This document shows positions 18,524 to 28,804 of a stretch of DNA of 49,707 bases, one piece after another. The stretch covers positions 1 to 49,707 of the IMG/VR virus record IMGVR_UViG_3300028585_000293; one strand, written 5' to 3'. Source of the stretch: a virus (taxonomy: Duplodnaviria; Caudoviricetes). The position numbers and the translations under genes are program-made. Each line of letters starts with the position of its first letter. Positions within the stretch are counted from its first letter, which is position 1. The notes beneath the pieces were generated by a model. That model made no database searches and was not told the DNA's origin. It saw only the letters and a list, made by a program, of their open reading frames with translations.

Positions 18524-21500
18524 CAGTTATCCACCCTGTTGAAATGAATGGCACGGAAGAACTTCTCGCCGTTTGCGCAAAGAAACGGTAGGGTGCAGTG
18601 ATTAAGTGGGTCGGCTGAGACGTCCATCCCACCTAGCTTCACCATCAACAAGCTGCCCTGCGCGACCGGCTCCTCAATTACCGTGACGCCCACTGGCATA
18701 GCCTTCAGCGCAGCGGCTATTTCCGTGTTGCTGTCGGCCAAGATGTGCGTAACGTCTGCCACAAAGTACCGTCGGTCATCCGGGTCCTTGTCGACCCGCC
18801 ACACGCCCTGGCTTTTCGCAAACCAGATCGTCCGATCGAGCTGCTCTCCATTTGCGAGCGTGATACGCAGAGTGCAGAAGTTCAGGGCGCCGGGCACTTC
18901 GTCAAGCCCACCAATTTTCACTGGCACTAGCGCACCCTGCACTACAGGCGCCTCGAGAAGAGTCACGCCGCCTGTGATTGCAATGACGGATGCGGCGGTC
19001 GACACGCTCTCCGTCAAGTCAAAGCTGATATCTGCAACGCAATAGAACTCGTCCAGTGGATGCTTGTCGATGGTCCATCGGCCGCTCACTTGGTAGGGTC
19101 CGCCAGGGTAGGCTGACACCGGCCCGCCGAACGCTACGACCCTGGTCCCGCCGGGAAATACCACCTTCCTGCGTTCCGAGACCTGTGAAGCGTTCTGCTG
19201 ACCTGGCGTCGGCGGTTCGGCCAGGATTGCCCAGGAACGTGCGAAGTCTCGAGACACCTGACTCACGGCAGGCCCTTGGGCAAGCACCACCCAAGTGCGC
19301 ACGAAGTCCACAAAAACTTGCGACGTCACCGGGCCCGTTGAACCTTGAATCGCCCACACGCGCGAAAAGTCCGCCGACACCGCGACTGGAACCGGCGCCG
19401 TACCTGCTACGACGGGCTGGTAAATCGACGTCAGCATCGGCAGCGGGAACGGTGCGTCGTTGTAGTACGGCGTGCCGACTTCCGGCCCCTGCCCCTCGAG
19501 GTAGCGCACCGTGGCGGCCACGCTGCTGGTTGTAAAGCCGATCTGATTGCCCGACAGTCGACGGGAGTTGCTGATCGTGAGCGGGTTGCCCGCCAGGTCG
19601 TACGCGGTAAAGCCGGTGCCGCCAGTTGCCGGGGTGATGTTGTTCGCGCCCCAATGCGTGACCGAAACGACAACTTCCGTTCCATTGACGGCGATCTTGT
19701 TGATCTCGGGGCCGCGCATTTTGATGCCCTTGCGACCCTCGGCCCACACGAACTGAATGCGCTCGCAGCAGCCGCGGTAGCCCGCGCCGGTCAAGTGCGT
19801 GCCGTCTTCGCTCAGTTCAAAATCGAGCGATTGAACGTGATAGTTATTCGGGTAATCGGTCCCGCCGAACGCAACCTCGGCCATCCTGGCATTGTTAGCC
19901 GGGCCGTCGTTCGCGTTCGTGCGCCGGTTGATGCCCGACCACAAAATGCCGAGATTGGGCTGACCGCTGGCCGTGCGCGCGATTGCCGCCGTGGCCAGCA
20001 TCTTGTCGAGGTGAGCCTGCACGCTCGGCGCAGCCGATGCGCTGGTGATGTCGTTCGACCCAGCGGTGGAAAACATGCCGCCGATCTTGCCGCCGATATT
20101 CTCGATGGCACGCACAATACGACCGCCCAGGCTCGACGTATCCGCCCATTGCGATAGATTGCTGCCGCCGAGCGCAAGTGACGCCAGCGCTACTGGTACG
20201 CCCGTCGATTGCGCAATATAGGCCGCCATTGAGCTGGCCCGGCCATAGTGCGAGAACAACCCCCAATTGTGCGCAGGGTCGTGCGGATCGTTCAATTCGC
20301 TCGTTGAATTGTTGTCAGGGACGATATTGGCGCCCGAGCCCGAGCCGAACCAGCCGGCGGCCGACGACGACCCGATGACCACGATGACGTCGCCCACGCC
20401 GAAGCGATTGGTCTTAACGGCAGTAGTCACCGTTACGACGCCGGCCGCATTCTTGGCGCGCGCCTGGATGCGGTATTTCAGGCCGTTGCCCGGCTCGGGC
20501 ATGGCTGGCGTTGCGGTCCAGGTGTTGGCGCCAATCGTAGGGGCAATGGCAACCCATGGCTTTACGATCGTGACACCGTCCGGCGCGTACAGCTGGTATT
20601 CGATCGAGGTGGGGGCTTCGCCCGAAAACGTCCCGCTGATGGCCACGGGGGCGGTGCCAGATACGCGCTGGTAAATGCGCTCTGCAGTCAGCTCGTTGAT
20701 GCCGAACCCAACCGCGACAGTGCTAATAACGGCCGACGCACTGGCGAGGCTTGCCGTACCCTGCGAGTTGGTGGCGGTTTGCCGCACACGCAGTTGCTTG
20801 CCGCCGTCGGCAGCTTGCGGCGTGTAGGTGGCGCCAGTAGCGCCAGCAATGTCGGACCAGGTCGAGCCGTTGGTCGAAATTTGCCATTGCTGAGTGATGG
20901 TCGGAATAGGATTACCGACGACTTCGCCCTGCGCATAGCTGGACGCAACGCCCGTTTGCACGCCGCCAATGATGACTGGCGCGGCTTGAATTACAGGCGC
21001 GGTCGGGACCGAAACGAAACCGAAACCCGGATCGGTGCCGGTAGCCAGCGGGCCGTTTTTCGTGACCGTGTTACCCTGCGTGCCGACGTCGACAGCGTCG
21101 TCCGGCGTGTTCATCGGCAGATACCATACTGGCCGGCCGAACGCAGTGATTTCTTTGCCGTAGGCCAGCTGTGCGATCTGATGGTCGGTCAGCGCTTGGT
21201 CAATCCGGAACGCGCGGCACATCGAATGATCGAAGCGCCGGCTTAACGACGTACGGTCGCCGATGGTCATCAGGCCCGCACTCGGCAACGCCTTCGTGAT
21301 CGAACTTACACTCGTTGAGCCGGTGCCGGTAATGACAGAGGCGCCGTCGGCCGGATTGAATTTCAAGACCGGGCAAATTTTGGTCGTCAGCGCGTTGGCC
21401 GAACGCTGCACCACGACCAAGTACGCTTTGCCTGGCTCGATCGGGTCGCCGCCGTTCACGCCGCGGGTAGCTGTCGACGCGTCGTAGTTGAGGTAGAAGC

Positions 21501-21732
21501 GGCCGGCCGTGATGCCCGCGTCAAGTTGACCCCACAGCAGGGTCATATTGTTGCTCGATGTGGTGGCCGGGTCCGTACACATGACCCATTGCGGTTCGCC
21601 GGTGCCGGACGTGGTGCCGTCGAAGACGACAACCGCGCCCAGCGCCCAATCGCCGTTGGGCAACGAGCCCGCGGTCGGATCGCTCAGGACAAGCGACGTC
21701 CGAGTGCCGAGACGGTTAAATTTGACCGTCAT
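18523..21732 (-). CDS. Multidomain virion protein: LamG-like, Ig-like, SGNH/SASA-type esterase, two C-terminal adaptor repeats
   Basis: SGNH blocks GDVIVVIGSSS / LGGSNLSQW / AGSND / DGTHL; C-terminal duplicated DKHPLDEFYCVAD and DKDPDDRRYFVAD units. Confidence 0.75.
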   Translation of the reverse strand: MTVKFNRLGTRTSLVLSDPTAGSLPNGDWALGAVVVFDGTTSGTGEPQWVMCTDPATTSSNNMTLLWGQLDAGITAGRFYLNYDASTATRGVNGGDPIEPGKAYLVVVQRSANALTTKICPVLKFNPADGASVITGTGSTSVSSITKALPSAGLMTIGDRTSLSRRFDHSMCRAFRIDQALTDHQIAQLAYGKEITAFGRPVWYLPMNTPDDAVDVGTQGNTVTKNGPLATGTDPGFGFVSVPTAPVIQAAPVIIGGVQTGVASSYAQGEVVGNPIPTITQQWQISTNGSTWSDIAGATGATYTPQAADGGKQLRVRQTATNSQGTASLASASAVISTVAVGFGINELTAERIYQRVSGTAPVAISGTFSGEAPTSIEYQLYAPDGVTIVKPWVAIAPTIGANTWTATPAMPEPGNGLKYRIQARAKNAAGVVTVTTAVKTNRFGVGDVIVVIGSSSAAGWFGSGSGANIVPDNNSTSELNDPHDPAHNWGLFSHYGRASSMAAYIAQSTGVPVALASLALGGSNLSQWADTSSLGGRIVRAIENIGGKIGGMFSTAGSNDITSASAAPSVQAHLDKMLATAAIARTASGQPNLGILWSGINRRTNANDGPANNARMAEVAFGGTDYPNNYHVQSLDFELSEDGTHLTGAGYRGCCERIQFVWAEGRKGIKMRGPEINKIAVNGTEVVVSVTHWGANNITPATGGTGFTAYDLAGNPLTISNSRRLSGNQIGFTTSSVAATVRYLEGQGPEVGTPYYNDAPFPLPMLTSIYQPVVAGTAPVPVAVSADFSRVWAIQGSTGPVTSQVFVDFVRTWVVLAQGPAVSQVSRDFARSWAILAEPPTPGQQNASQVSERRKVVFPGGTRVVAFGGPVSAYPGGPYQVSGRWTIDKHPLDEFYCVADISFDLTESVSTAASVIAITGGVTLLEAPVVQGALVPVKIGGLDEVPGALNFCTLRITLANGEQLDRTIWFAKSQGVWRVDKDPDDRRYFVADVTHILADSNTEIAAALKAMPVGVTVIEEPVAQGSLLMVKLGGMDVSADPLNHCTLPFLCANGEKFFRAIHFNRVDN

Positions 21733-22190
21733 TCGGTGTAGCTCCCGCTTACGCGGATCGTGGCCGCGTCGCTCGGGTTAGCCGAGGCGGCGGCGTTCAC
21801 GGTGCGGCGCTCCCAATAGGCGCGATGCCCGCCAGCCGCGATGGTGCCCAGCGTGGCCGACGTGCCAAACGTGACCCCTACCGGCGCGGTGGTTTCGGCG
21901 GCGATAGTCTGTTCAACGCCATTGGCGGCGCTCGTTCCGACCCCGACCGCGAGCGCAGTTTGGCTGCTCGGCGTGTCGCTTTGGACGACGACGACCGCGC
22001 CGTCAAGCGGCAGCGAAGGGTCGGCATTCTTGACATAGACGCAGCGGTACTCCACGCGGCCTGCTGCGGCCTCGTTCGCGCTGACGGTATCGAAAAGGTC
22101 CGCCCCCGCTTCGGTAGTCGAGATTGCGCCGCCGAGCGAACCGGTCGCCGACGAGCGCATCTGTTTGATTTCGAACGACGTGATTGGCAT
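21729..22190 (-). CDS. Virion structural protein (head-fibre base/decoration-like)
   Basis: SLGGAIS...LFDTVSANEAAAGRVEYRCVYVKN motif; coupled to the 1069-aa gene. Confidence 0.7.
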   Translation of the reverse strand: MPITSFEIKQMRSSATGSLGGAISTTEAGADLFDTVSANEAAAGRVEYRCVYVKNADPSLPLDGAVVVVQSDTPSSQTALAVGVGTSAANGVEQTIAAETTAPVGVTFGTSATLGTIAAGGHRAYWERRTVNAAASANPSDAATIRVSGSYTE

Positions 22191-22246
22191 CGCGGATTCT
22201 CTCTTTAATGGCAGAGCAGTTTGGCGGTGCGCCTGTACCGCGCGCG

Positions 22247-22501
22247 CTACAGCTCGATGGTTTTCATTTGCCCGCGGCGCTCGTACTGCACCGTGGTGAC
22301 ACCGCGCTCGCGCAGCATGGCCATGGCCGCCGCATGGGCGGCTCGATCGATCTGGCCGACTGCGCTATGCAGGTAGGCGACCTGTTCCGACAGGAACGTG
22401 ACCCTCAGGATTGCCCTATATGGCCTCCGGGCCTCGTAGCCGCCCGGCGCGTCGTATAGTCGGATGACGGCGACCTCGGTGGCCATATGCAAGTGGGTCA
22501 T
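22247..22501 (-). CDS. Hypothetical phage protein
   Basis: 84-aa ORF, co-oriented within the head operon. Confidence 0.6.
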   Translation of the reverse strand: MTHLHMATEVAVIRLYDAPGGYEARRPYRAILRVTFLSEQVAYLHSAVGQIDRAAHAAAMAMLRERGVTTVQYERRGQMKTIEL

Positions 22502-22519
22502 GGCGGTCGGCCCAGGTGG

Positions 22520-22792
22520 TTATTGCTTCGCGCGGCCGCGTTTTGGCGCAGCGGGAGTTTCGGCCGTGTCTGGGGGCTCAACGTCCAGCACCGGATCGGC
22601 TGGAGTTTCTTCAACCGGTTCGGCCGAAGTCGCTGCCGGCAGTACCGCCCCGGCTTCCACTGTCCAACCCTCGGTCATCGACACCCTGATCAGGTCTTCG
22701 TCTTCGGTCTCGATCTCGGCGCCGACCGGGAAGTGCTCTACCTTCACGCCAGCATGTGCCCAGTCGAAGGGCAGAATCGTCTTGAGCTTCAT
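22520..22792 (-). CDS. Small capsid-adjacent protein
   Basis: GGAG RBS and an acidic Pro-rich tail ending PKRGRAKQ, typical of genes just after the capsid gene. Confidence 0.7.
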   Translation of the reverse strand: MKLKTILPFDWAHAGVKVEHFPVGAEIETEDEDLIRVSMTEGWTVEAGAVLPAATSAEPVEETPADPVLDVEPPDTAETPAAPKRGRAKQ

Positions 22793-22845
22793 CGCTACTC
22801 CATAAATGGGCAGGCCGATAAACGGCCCGCCGTGGGATGAGTGGA

Positions 22846-24081
22846 TTAAGCTGCTGCGATCTTCAGCTTGCGGCCGGCTTCTGCTTGGCGAACGCCGCCG
22901 CCAACACGACGACGAGCGCGGAAGACCACCAGGCCGTCATCAGCGCCAGTGGTGTAGTCGGCTTGCAGGGACACGTTCACGCGGTCGACGATGACGTACA
23001 GCTTCTTGAAGTCAGCGAATACGATCGGGAAAGCGTTGGCAGCGACGTTCGGCATGTCAGCCATTTCCGCATATGCACCGCCCAGGATGGTGTTCGGTGC
23101 GCCGTTCGCAATGCCAGGAGCCCACAGGTATTGGTTGCTGGCGTCTTTCAGCTTGCGGACCTGGCCCAAGGTGTTGCGGTTCAGACCCCAGATGGCGTTG
23201 CGTGCGTGCGCCGTTTTCAGGTCATGGAACAGCGAGATCAGGCCGTCGGCCGTGAGCTTTGCAGCATCGCCACTCAGCGTGAACCCGACTCCTGTATTGG
23301 TCAGAATGCCTTCCATCTGCGCCGAGCCGCCGGTGCCGCTAATCGATTCCTGACCTTCGCGCACCGCGAACTGCTCCGAGGCGTCTTCACGCAGCTCGGC
23401 GAACAGGTCGTAATCGGCGTCTTCAAGCATCTGCTGGGAAACTTCGATCCGGGCAAACATCTCCGGCGCGAAGAACTCCAGCATGCCGTATTCCGGGTCA
23501 CCGGTGTTGGTGCGCTTGGCGGTCTCGCCGACGCGCGATGCGGCGCCGTTGCCGGTCTTCTTCGGCATCTTCAGGCTGCCGACACCGATCGTGCGCACGG
23601 TCGCCAGAGCGCGGATCGGGGTCAGTTCGATCACGTTTTTGATGATCTCTTTCTGCATTTCGGGCGGCGCGAGCAGGTAGCCAGCACTGGCGTCGTCGCT
23701 CTTGACCAGGGCGGCTGAACGCTCGCGCAGCAGACTGACGTCCGCAGGATCACGATCGCCCGCAGCACGGCGCATCGCGCGGTTGAATGCGTCCATGTAT
23801 TCCTGCGCCGCTTTTGCCTGCGGATCGGTGGCGCCGCCCAGGCCAGCGCGATTCGCGATCTTTTCGATCGCATCCAGCTGGTCCTGCATCGCTTTGTTCT
23901 GCTTCTCGATCAGCATCAGCTGCTGGTTCGAGCCTTCGTGCTTGTCGAGCGCGGCGTTGATTTTGTCCAGCTTCGCGTCCAAGTCCGAGCTGCGCTTCGT
24001 CTGGTTCGCGTCGTTCGTTTTCTTGAACTCGGTGAACGCTTCCATTACTTCTTGAACGGCGTCTTTGTCTGCCATGATCAT
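22846..24081 (-). CDS. Major capsid protein, HK97 fold
   Basis: N-terminal coiled-coil delta domain; AGYLLAPPE, LKDASNQYLW, FADFKKLYVIVDR and RRRVGG motifs. Confidence 0.96.
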   Translation of the reverse strand: MIMADKDAVQEVMEAFTEFKKTNDANQTKRSSDLDAKLDKINAALDKHEGSNQQLMLIEKQNKAMQDQLDAIEKIANRAGLGGATDPQAKAAQEYMDAFNRAMRRAAGDRDPADVSLLRERSAALVKSDDASAGYLLAPPEMQKEIIKNVIELTPIRALATVRTIGVGSLKMPKKTGNGAASRVGETAKRTNTGDPEYGMLEFFAPEMFARIEVSQQMLEDADYDLFAELREDASEQFAVREGQESISGTGGSAQMEGILTNTGVGFTLSGDAAKLTADGLISLFHDLKTAHARNAIWGLNRNTLGQVRKLKDASNQYLWAPGIANGAPNTILGGAYAEMADMPNVAANAFPIVFADFKKLYVIVDRVNVSLQADYTTGADDGLVVFRARRRVGGGVRQAEAGRKLKIAAA

Positions 24082-25091
24082 TCCTTGATGGTGGAGGTAA
24101 GTTGTTTGATGCCCTGCGCCAGGCGGCGGGCCGCCGAGCGCTGCTCATCCGCAGGGTCCCCACCATCACGGAGGGGCTGTACTGACGGTTTCGGCGGATC
24201 GTCGCGATTCGCCTTTGGCATCGCTGCTGCGATGCGCTTTGCTTGCGCGTGTGATAGGCCCTCTGCATCGCGCAGAAAGACTTCGAACTCGCGGATTTCG
24301 GGACCGCCGGCGGACGCCAGCAGGTTCTGGGGGGTGTTCTTGAAGAGGTTCAGCATCGCCGAGTTGGCCGCCTTCTTCTTCTTGGCCGCGACAAGCACGT
24401 CGGCGAAGCCGGCATCGACAGCCTGCTGCCCGAGGAACCAGGTTTCCGCGTTGACCCAGGCCTCCAGGTCGGCGCGCTTCGCATCGGTGCGCGCCTCGTA
24501 AATGTTGATCAGTCCGGCCTGCAGCTGGTCGAGGATGTCCGCCTCCTTGCGCATCGCGTCGGCATCGCCCCACATGCCGGACCACGGCTTGTGGATCATC
24601 AGATTGGCGCCCTCGCTGATGCGAATCTCGTCGCCAGCCATCGCAATGACGCTCGCGATCGAGGCTGCGATGCTGTCGATGTGGACGATGATCTTGGCGT
24701 CATGCCGGGCGAACGCCTGGTATATAGCCAGCCCTTCGAACACCAGGCCGCCGCCGCTGTTGATGCGGACATGGATCTCGTCGACGTCCAGAGCGGCGAT
24801 CTGGTTCGAGATCGACTCACCGGTGATGCCTTCGTCGTACCATCCGCCGCCGATGTCGCCGTAGATCAGGACCTCGGCAGGACTGTCGCCGGAGGCAGCG
24901 TTGATCCGGACCTGGCCAGGCTTCAGCGCCATGCGGTTGACGTAGCGGAAAGAGCCGGCGTCCGCAGGATCCTCCTGCGCCAGTTGCGAGAGGACGGAAT
25001 CGAGACTATCCCGCGCCTCGCGCAGCGCGCGCTCATTGGCAGCGGACAGCACTCGTCCTGCAGCCAGTGGCTGCATATTCGTTTTTGGCAT
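24078..25091 (-). CDS. Head maturation protease, ClpP-related
   Basis: RINSGGG, AASIASVIAMAGD, LMIHKPW and ETWF...AVDAGFAD motifs. Confidence 0.93.
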   Translation of the reverse strand: MPKTNMQPLAAGRVLSAANERALREARDSLDSVLSQLAQEDPADAGSFRYVNRMALKPGQVRINAASGDSPAEVLIYGDIGGGWYDEGITGESISNQIAALDVDEIHVRINSGGGLVFEGLAIYQAFARHDAKIIVHIDSIAASIASVIAMAGDEIRISEGANLMIHKPWSGMWGDADAMRKEADILDQLQAGLINIYEARTDAKRADLEAWVNAETWFLGQQAVDAGFADVLVAAKKKKAANSAMLNLFKNTPQNLLASAGGPEIREFEVFLRDAEGLSHAQAKRIAAAMPKANRDDPPKPSVQPLRDGGDPADEQRSAARRLAQGIKQLTSTIKE

Positions 25092-25097
25092 ACGGGG

Positions 25098-26330
25098 TTA
25101 CTCCTGGGGAGCTGGTGGTGCGGGCTCGGCGGGCTTCTGCTCGCCGACGATGTTTGCAGGAATGCGCAGGAGGTTGCTGGCAGGGTCGTCGTCGGGGTTT
25201 CGGTCGAGCAGTCCTCGACCTTCGTTCGGCGTCAGAATACCGCCGTTCACATAGCCCAAGATGATGTCCTTCGTATCCTTCGCGGATCCGCGCAACATCC
25301 CTTCTTCGGTGAAATTCGTGTAGTATCCTTCTTCGATCTCTCCCTCGGTCAGCAGGTTGATCACGGCAGACTGCTCGAACGCCTCCCATCGCGGCGCAAG
25401 GCAATCCTCCCGGTGCGCTCGGTTCATCTCCTCGGCACTAGCAAAGGTTGCAGTTTTATCTGAGAACCCGACCTTGATCGGCAAGACCCCGAAGAACGAG
25501 CAGATCTGCTCGATCTGCAGCTTGCGTGTCTCATTAGCCTGAGCGTCTACGCTGCTCATGGACGTGTTGAGGAATTTTGCGTTGCGGTCAAGGATCATCG
25601 GCCGGCCGGCATTCTGCGCACCGGCGAATTGCTTGATCACCCACGCACTCAGCTTTTCGTGCTGCTCCTTGTCCAACGTACCTTCGACCGAGTAGATGCC
25701 TGAGTTCCGAATTCCGTTCTTGTGCAGTTGAGCTGCGGTTTCCTCGGTTGCCAGCGCCAGTCCGATCGCCTCCCGCGCCAACTTGATGACCTCCAGCCCC
25801 TCGACGCCATCCATAGTTGGGCCGCGCAGATGCCAGATGTGCTTCCGCGTGAATGTCTTAAAGGTGCCATCGGCACCGTAGACGTCGTAGAAGACTTCCA
25901 ACGTCTGCGTATCGCGGCGCACCAGCACTTGACCGGGCGCGAACGGGATGAGCTCAAGGATCTTGCCGGTTATGCTGAGATTCTTGAACACGAATGCCTG
26001 GCCACACAGTTCGATGTGCCAGGCCAGCATTTGTCGAAATTCGAAGCTGGTCTGCCAGTCGTTCGGCTTGAGCGACAGCATCCGGTAAAGCTTGTGCCAC
26101 TTCGCCGGCATGCGGCGCCCGCGCACCTCCTGCATCAGCTTGAACGGAACCTGAGCCATACCATTGCCGATCACGCGGCAGCAGGAGAAGACGGTAGCAA
26201 CCTGGATCGCAGTGCGCACATTCACCGCACGGCCTGTAGCGGATGAAAGCCATCCCGCCATCTCCTGCCAGAACGGCTCCTTGAACGCCTGATTTCGCTT
26301 GGCTGCGCCCGTTCGGACGAAGATCGACAT
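25098..26330 (-). CDS. Portal protein, HK97 family
   Basis: ATG 26330 (MSIFVRTG); KPNDWQTSFEF, IWHLRG and GILTPNEGR motifs. Confidence 0.95.
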   Translation of the reverse strand: MSIFVRTGAAKRNQAFKEPFWQEMAGWLSSATGRAVNVRTAIQVATVFSCCRVIGNGMAQVPFKLMQEVRGRRMPAKWHKLYRMLSLKPNDWQTSFEFRQMLAWHIELCGQAFVFKNLSITGKILELIPFAPGQVLVRRDTQTLEVFYDVYGADGTFKTFTRKHIWHLRGPTMDGVEGLEVIKLAREAIGLALATEETAAQLHKNGIRNSGIYSVEGTLDKEQHEKLSAWVIKQFAGAQNAGRPMILDRNAKFLNTSMSSVDAQANETRKLQIEQICSFFGVLPIKVGFSDKTATFASAEEMNRAHREDCLAPRWEAFEQSAVINLLTEGEIEEGYYTNFTEEGMLRGSAKDTKDIILGYVNGGILTPNEGRGLLDRNPDDDPASNLLRIPANIVGEQKPAEPAPPAPQE

Positions 26331-26506
26331 CAGTCTTCCACCTTTGCGCGCGCGCTGTTCACACTCGCCAGCACGCCTCCAGTCATCATCAGCATGCCAG
26401 CGGCAATACAGCCGGCAGCAGGATGCAGCAGCCCAACGCCGAAAGACAATGCCGAAGCGCCGGCGATGATCAGCGCATCGGGGGCGAAATTCATCAGTTT
26501 TTTCAT
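26330..26506 (-). CDS. Small two-TM protein between terminase and portal
   Basis: MKKLMNFAPDALIIAGASALSFGVGLLHPAAGCIAAGMLMM; its stop overlaps the portal ATG. Not in the supplied ORF track. Confidence 0.7.
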   Translation of the reverse strand: MKKLMNFAPDALIIAGASALSFGVGLLHPAAGCIAAGMLMMTGGVLASVNSARAKVED

Positions 26507-26508
26507 TC

Positions 26509-28221
26509 TTATTCCCAGAAGGATTTTGCTTCCGACGCAACCTTACTCACTAGGCCGGCCGCCATCACTGCCGCAATGATCAAGTCGATGCGGCCGGTAG
26601 CCTTTTCCTTGTCGAGCTTGCGACTCCCTGTTCCATCCTGAACCGTCACCGCGTTACCGGCACACATCGTCAGCACCTTGTGCCCGTTGTGCGCCAGCTC
26701 GCCGTTCAGCAGCATCGTTTCAAAGCGCTCAATGGCTGGGCTCATGTCTTTGTAGCCCTGACCGAACGCTTCCATGGGTGGCAGGCTGATGCCGTCGTCG
26801 GACGCCATCTGCTGCAGGTCCTCGATGCGCCAGCGGTCGTATCCGCATATGGTGAGGTCGAAGAAATCGCACATCGCCGACAGCTTTTGCAGAATGATCC
26901 GCTTGCTGATCGCGCGGCCTGGGGTGGTATCAAGCAGCCCTTCGGCCTTCCACTCCACATAAGGGACCATGTCCTGTTGCGCGCGGCGAGCGAGGTCGGC
27001 ATCTGGAAGCCAGGCGTAAGGCACCAGCTTCCACGGTTCGCCTGGCTCGACAGGCTGCACCAGAAAGACCAGTCCCGTAAGGTCAGTCGTACTCGACAAG
27101 TCCAGCGCCGCAACTGCACGGCGCCCACGCAGCGACTCAACGTCGTAATCGAGCTTGGCGCCCTTCCAAACCTCGTGACTGATCCAGGGCGACTCGGCAT
27201 CCGTCCACTGGCAGAAGTTCAGCCTGCGAACGAGCGCCTCCTTCGATGGCATGCCTTTCGCTTCCGTTACCTGCTCTCGGATGTATTTGTATCCCGGTAG
27301 GTCCGCATCCTGAAGGCTCGGGTTGGCCTTCGGCCAGCAGTATTCGCTCTCGAATGGATCATCTTCCTCATCAAGCGCGCAAACGTAGGGGAAGAATGCG
27401 TCGTCGACCAGCTCGCCGGAAGCAACCTTCGCGGCATATTCGTGCGAATTCCAACACGGTGACTTGCGGCTCGCGCCAGCGTTGGTGATCACAAAGATCA
27501 GCGCCTGGCGCCGGCTCTTTGTGCCAGCCCGTAGCATCTCGAGCACGGTCGCCGTCTTGTGTTCGTGGTACTCGTCCACGAGTGCGACGTGCGGGCGCGG
27601 CCCAGACTGACCGTCATCACTACTGATCGGACGGAAAAACGAGCCGGTCTGAAGGAATGCTAGGTTCCAGGCCTTCTCGCCGGTACCGCTTTTCGTCAGG
27701 CGCTTCTCTAGCTCTGGCGACTGGTCGTACATGGCGACCGCGTCCCGGAACAGGATCATCGCCTGGTCTTTCTTGGTCGCGGCCGAATAGATCTCGGCAC
27801 GCGGCTCGCCATCGGCAACCAAGCCCTTCATGCCAACGCCGGCGGCCAACGGTGACTTGCCGCTGCCCTTCGCCGTTTCGACGTAAATCACGCGGAAGCG
27901 GCGGTATCCATCGGCGCCTTTCCAGCCGAAGATGCTACCGACAACAAACTTCTGCCACGGCAGCAGCTCGAATGGCCGGCCTTCGAAGTCGCCGCCATTC
28001 AGCTTCAGAATGTCGCGATAGAACCCGATGGCCTTCAGCGCTTCGGCGACATCCCATACCAGGCCGCGCGCGGCGCCGGTCGCGATGTCGGCCAGGTGGC
28101 GCGCGCACTGGGCGCGCACGTGCGGGCCAGCGATGCGCACATCGTCGACGACAGACTGCGCATATTCAGTAACAGGGTCAGCCGAAGTATCCGGCGAGCG
28201 GGTCTTTTTTCTCGTCGCCAT
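26509..28221 (-). CDS. terL: Terminase large subunit
   Basis: LLPWQKF, Walker A AKGSGKS, Walker B LVDEYHE, WPKANPSL, DLSSTTDLT and GRIDLIIA motifs. Confidence 0.97.
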   Translation of the reverse strand: MATRKKTRSPDTSADPVTEYAQSVVDDVRIAGPHVRAQCARHLADIATGAARGLVWDVAEALKAIGFYRDILKLNGGDFEGRPFELLPWQKFVVGSIFGWKGADGYRRFRVIYVETAKGSGKSPLAAGVGMKGLVADGEPRAEIYSAATKKDQAMILFRDAVAMYDQSPELEKRLTKSGTGEKAWNLAFLQTGSFFRPISSDDGQSGPRPHVALVDEYHEHKTATVLEMLRAGTKSRRQALIFVITNAGASRKSPCWNSHEYAAKVASGELVDDAFFPYVCALDEEDDPFESEYCWPKANPSLQDADLPGYKYIREQVTEAKGMPSKEALVRRLNFCQWTDAESPWISHEVWKGAKLDYDVESLRGRRAVAALDLSSTTDLTGLVFLVQPVEPGEPWKLVPYAWLPDADLARRAQQDMVPYVEWKAEGLLDTTPGRAISKRIILQKLSAMCDFFDLTICGYDRWRIEDLQQMASDDGISLPPMEAFGQGYKDMSPAIERFETMLLNGELAHNGHKVLTMCAGNAVTVQDGTGSRKLDKEKATGRIDLIIAAVMAAGLVSKVASEAKSFWE

Positions 28222-28651
28222 CCGGTAGGTCCACGTTCACTTTCGATCGCGCGGCCGGCGTCAGGCCGAATTCCACCAGGTAGCTTTTGAATTGCGCGTC
28301 GGCGGCGCGCAGCTGGTTGACCGCGGGGTTGTTCTTGATAAGGGTGTTGGAGTTCTGGTCGATGGTGGTGTACGTGCGGCCGTCGCGTTCAATCAGCTCG
28401 CGGCACGCCAAGATGTCGGCGTAGCAGTCGCACAGCCGCTCGAGCGCCAGGCCGTCGGCCTCGGTCATCACCCCCATTCGCCGCAGCAGCGTGCACAGCT
28501 TTTTCCACACCGCCTTGCCCTTCGCATCGAGGTGCGGGGGGCAAAGTGGTGCTTTTGTGCGCGGTTTTGGCTCTTTTTTGTTCAGTGGCCGCTTGCCCGG
28601 ATTACCCGTGACCAGCTTGAGCGCACTGGGTGTCGGGCGCCTTCCGGCCAT
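28178..28651 (-). CDS. terS: Terminase small subunit, P27 family
   Basis: GRRPTPSALK..GNPGKRPLN, NPAV and EFGLTPAARSKV motifs. Confidence 0.95.
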   Translation of the reverse strand: MAGRRPTPSALKLVTGNPGKRPLNKKEPKPRTKAPLCPPHLDAKGKAVWKKLCTLLRRMGVMTEADGLALERLCDCYADILACRELIERDGRTYTTIDQNSNTLIKNNPAVNQLRAADAQFKSYLVEFGLTPAARSKVNVDLPDGDEKKDPLAGYFG

Positions 28652-28659
28652 GATTTCAG

Positions 28660-28755
28660 TCCCAGAAAAAAAGTTTCATTTCGCGGTTCTGCGCAAAGAG
28701 GGGGCATGCGGTCCCCTTGGGCGAAGGCCCCGAAGATTTGATGCCCCCCGGCACT
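28660..28755. other. Putative cos packaging region
   Basis: Non-coding gap between HNH and terS containing GGGGGGCATCAAATCTT on the minus strand. The position is typical of HNH/P27 cos phages; the exact cut site cannot be determined. Confidence 0.45.
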
Positions 28756-28804
28756 ATTTCAAAGGAGAAACAAATTCCATCGGAGAAATGTTACTCTCAA
28801 TGCA

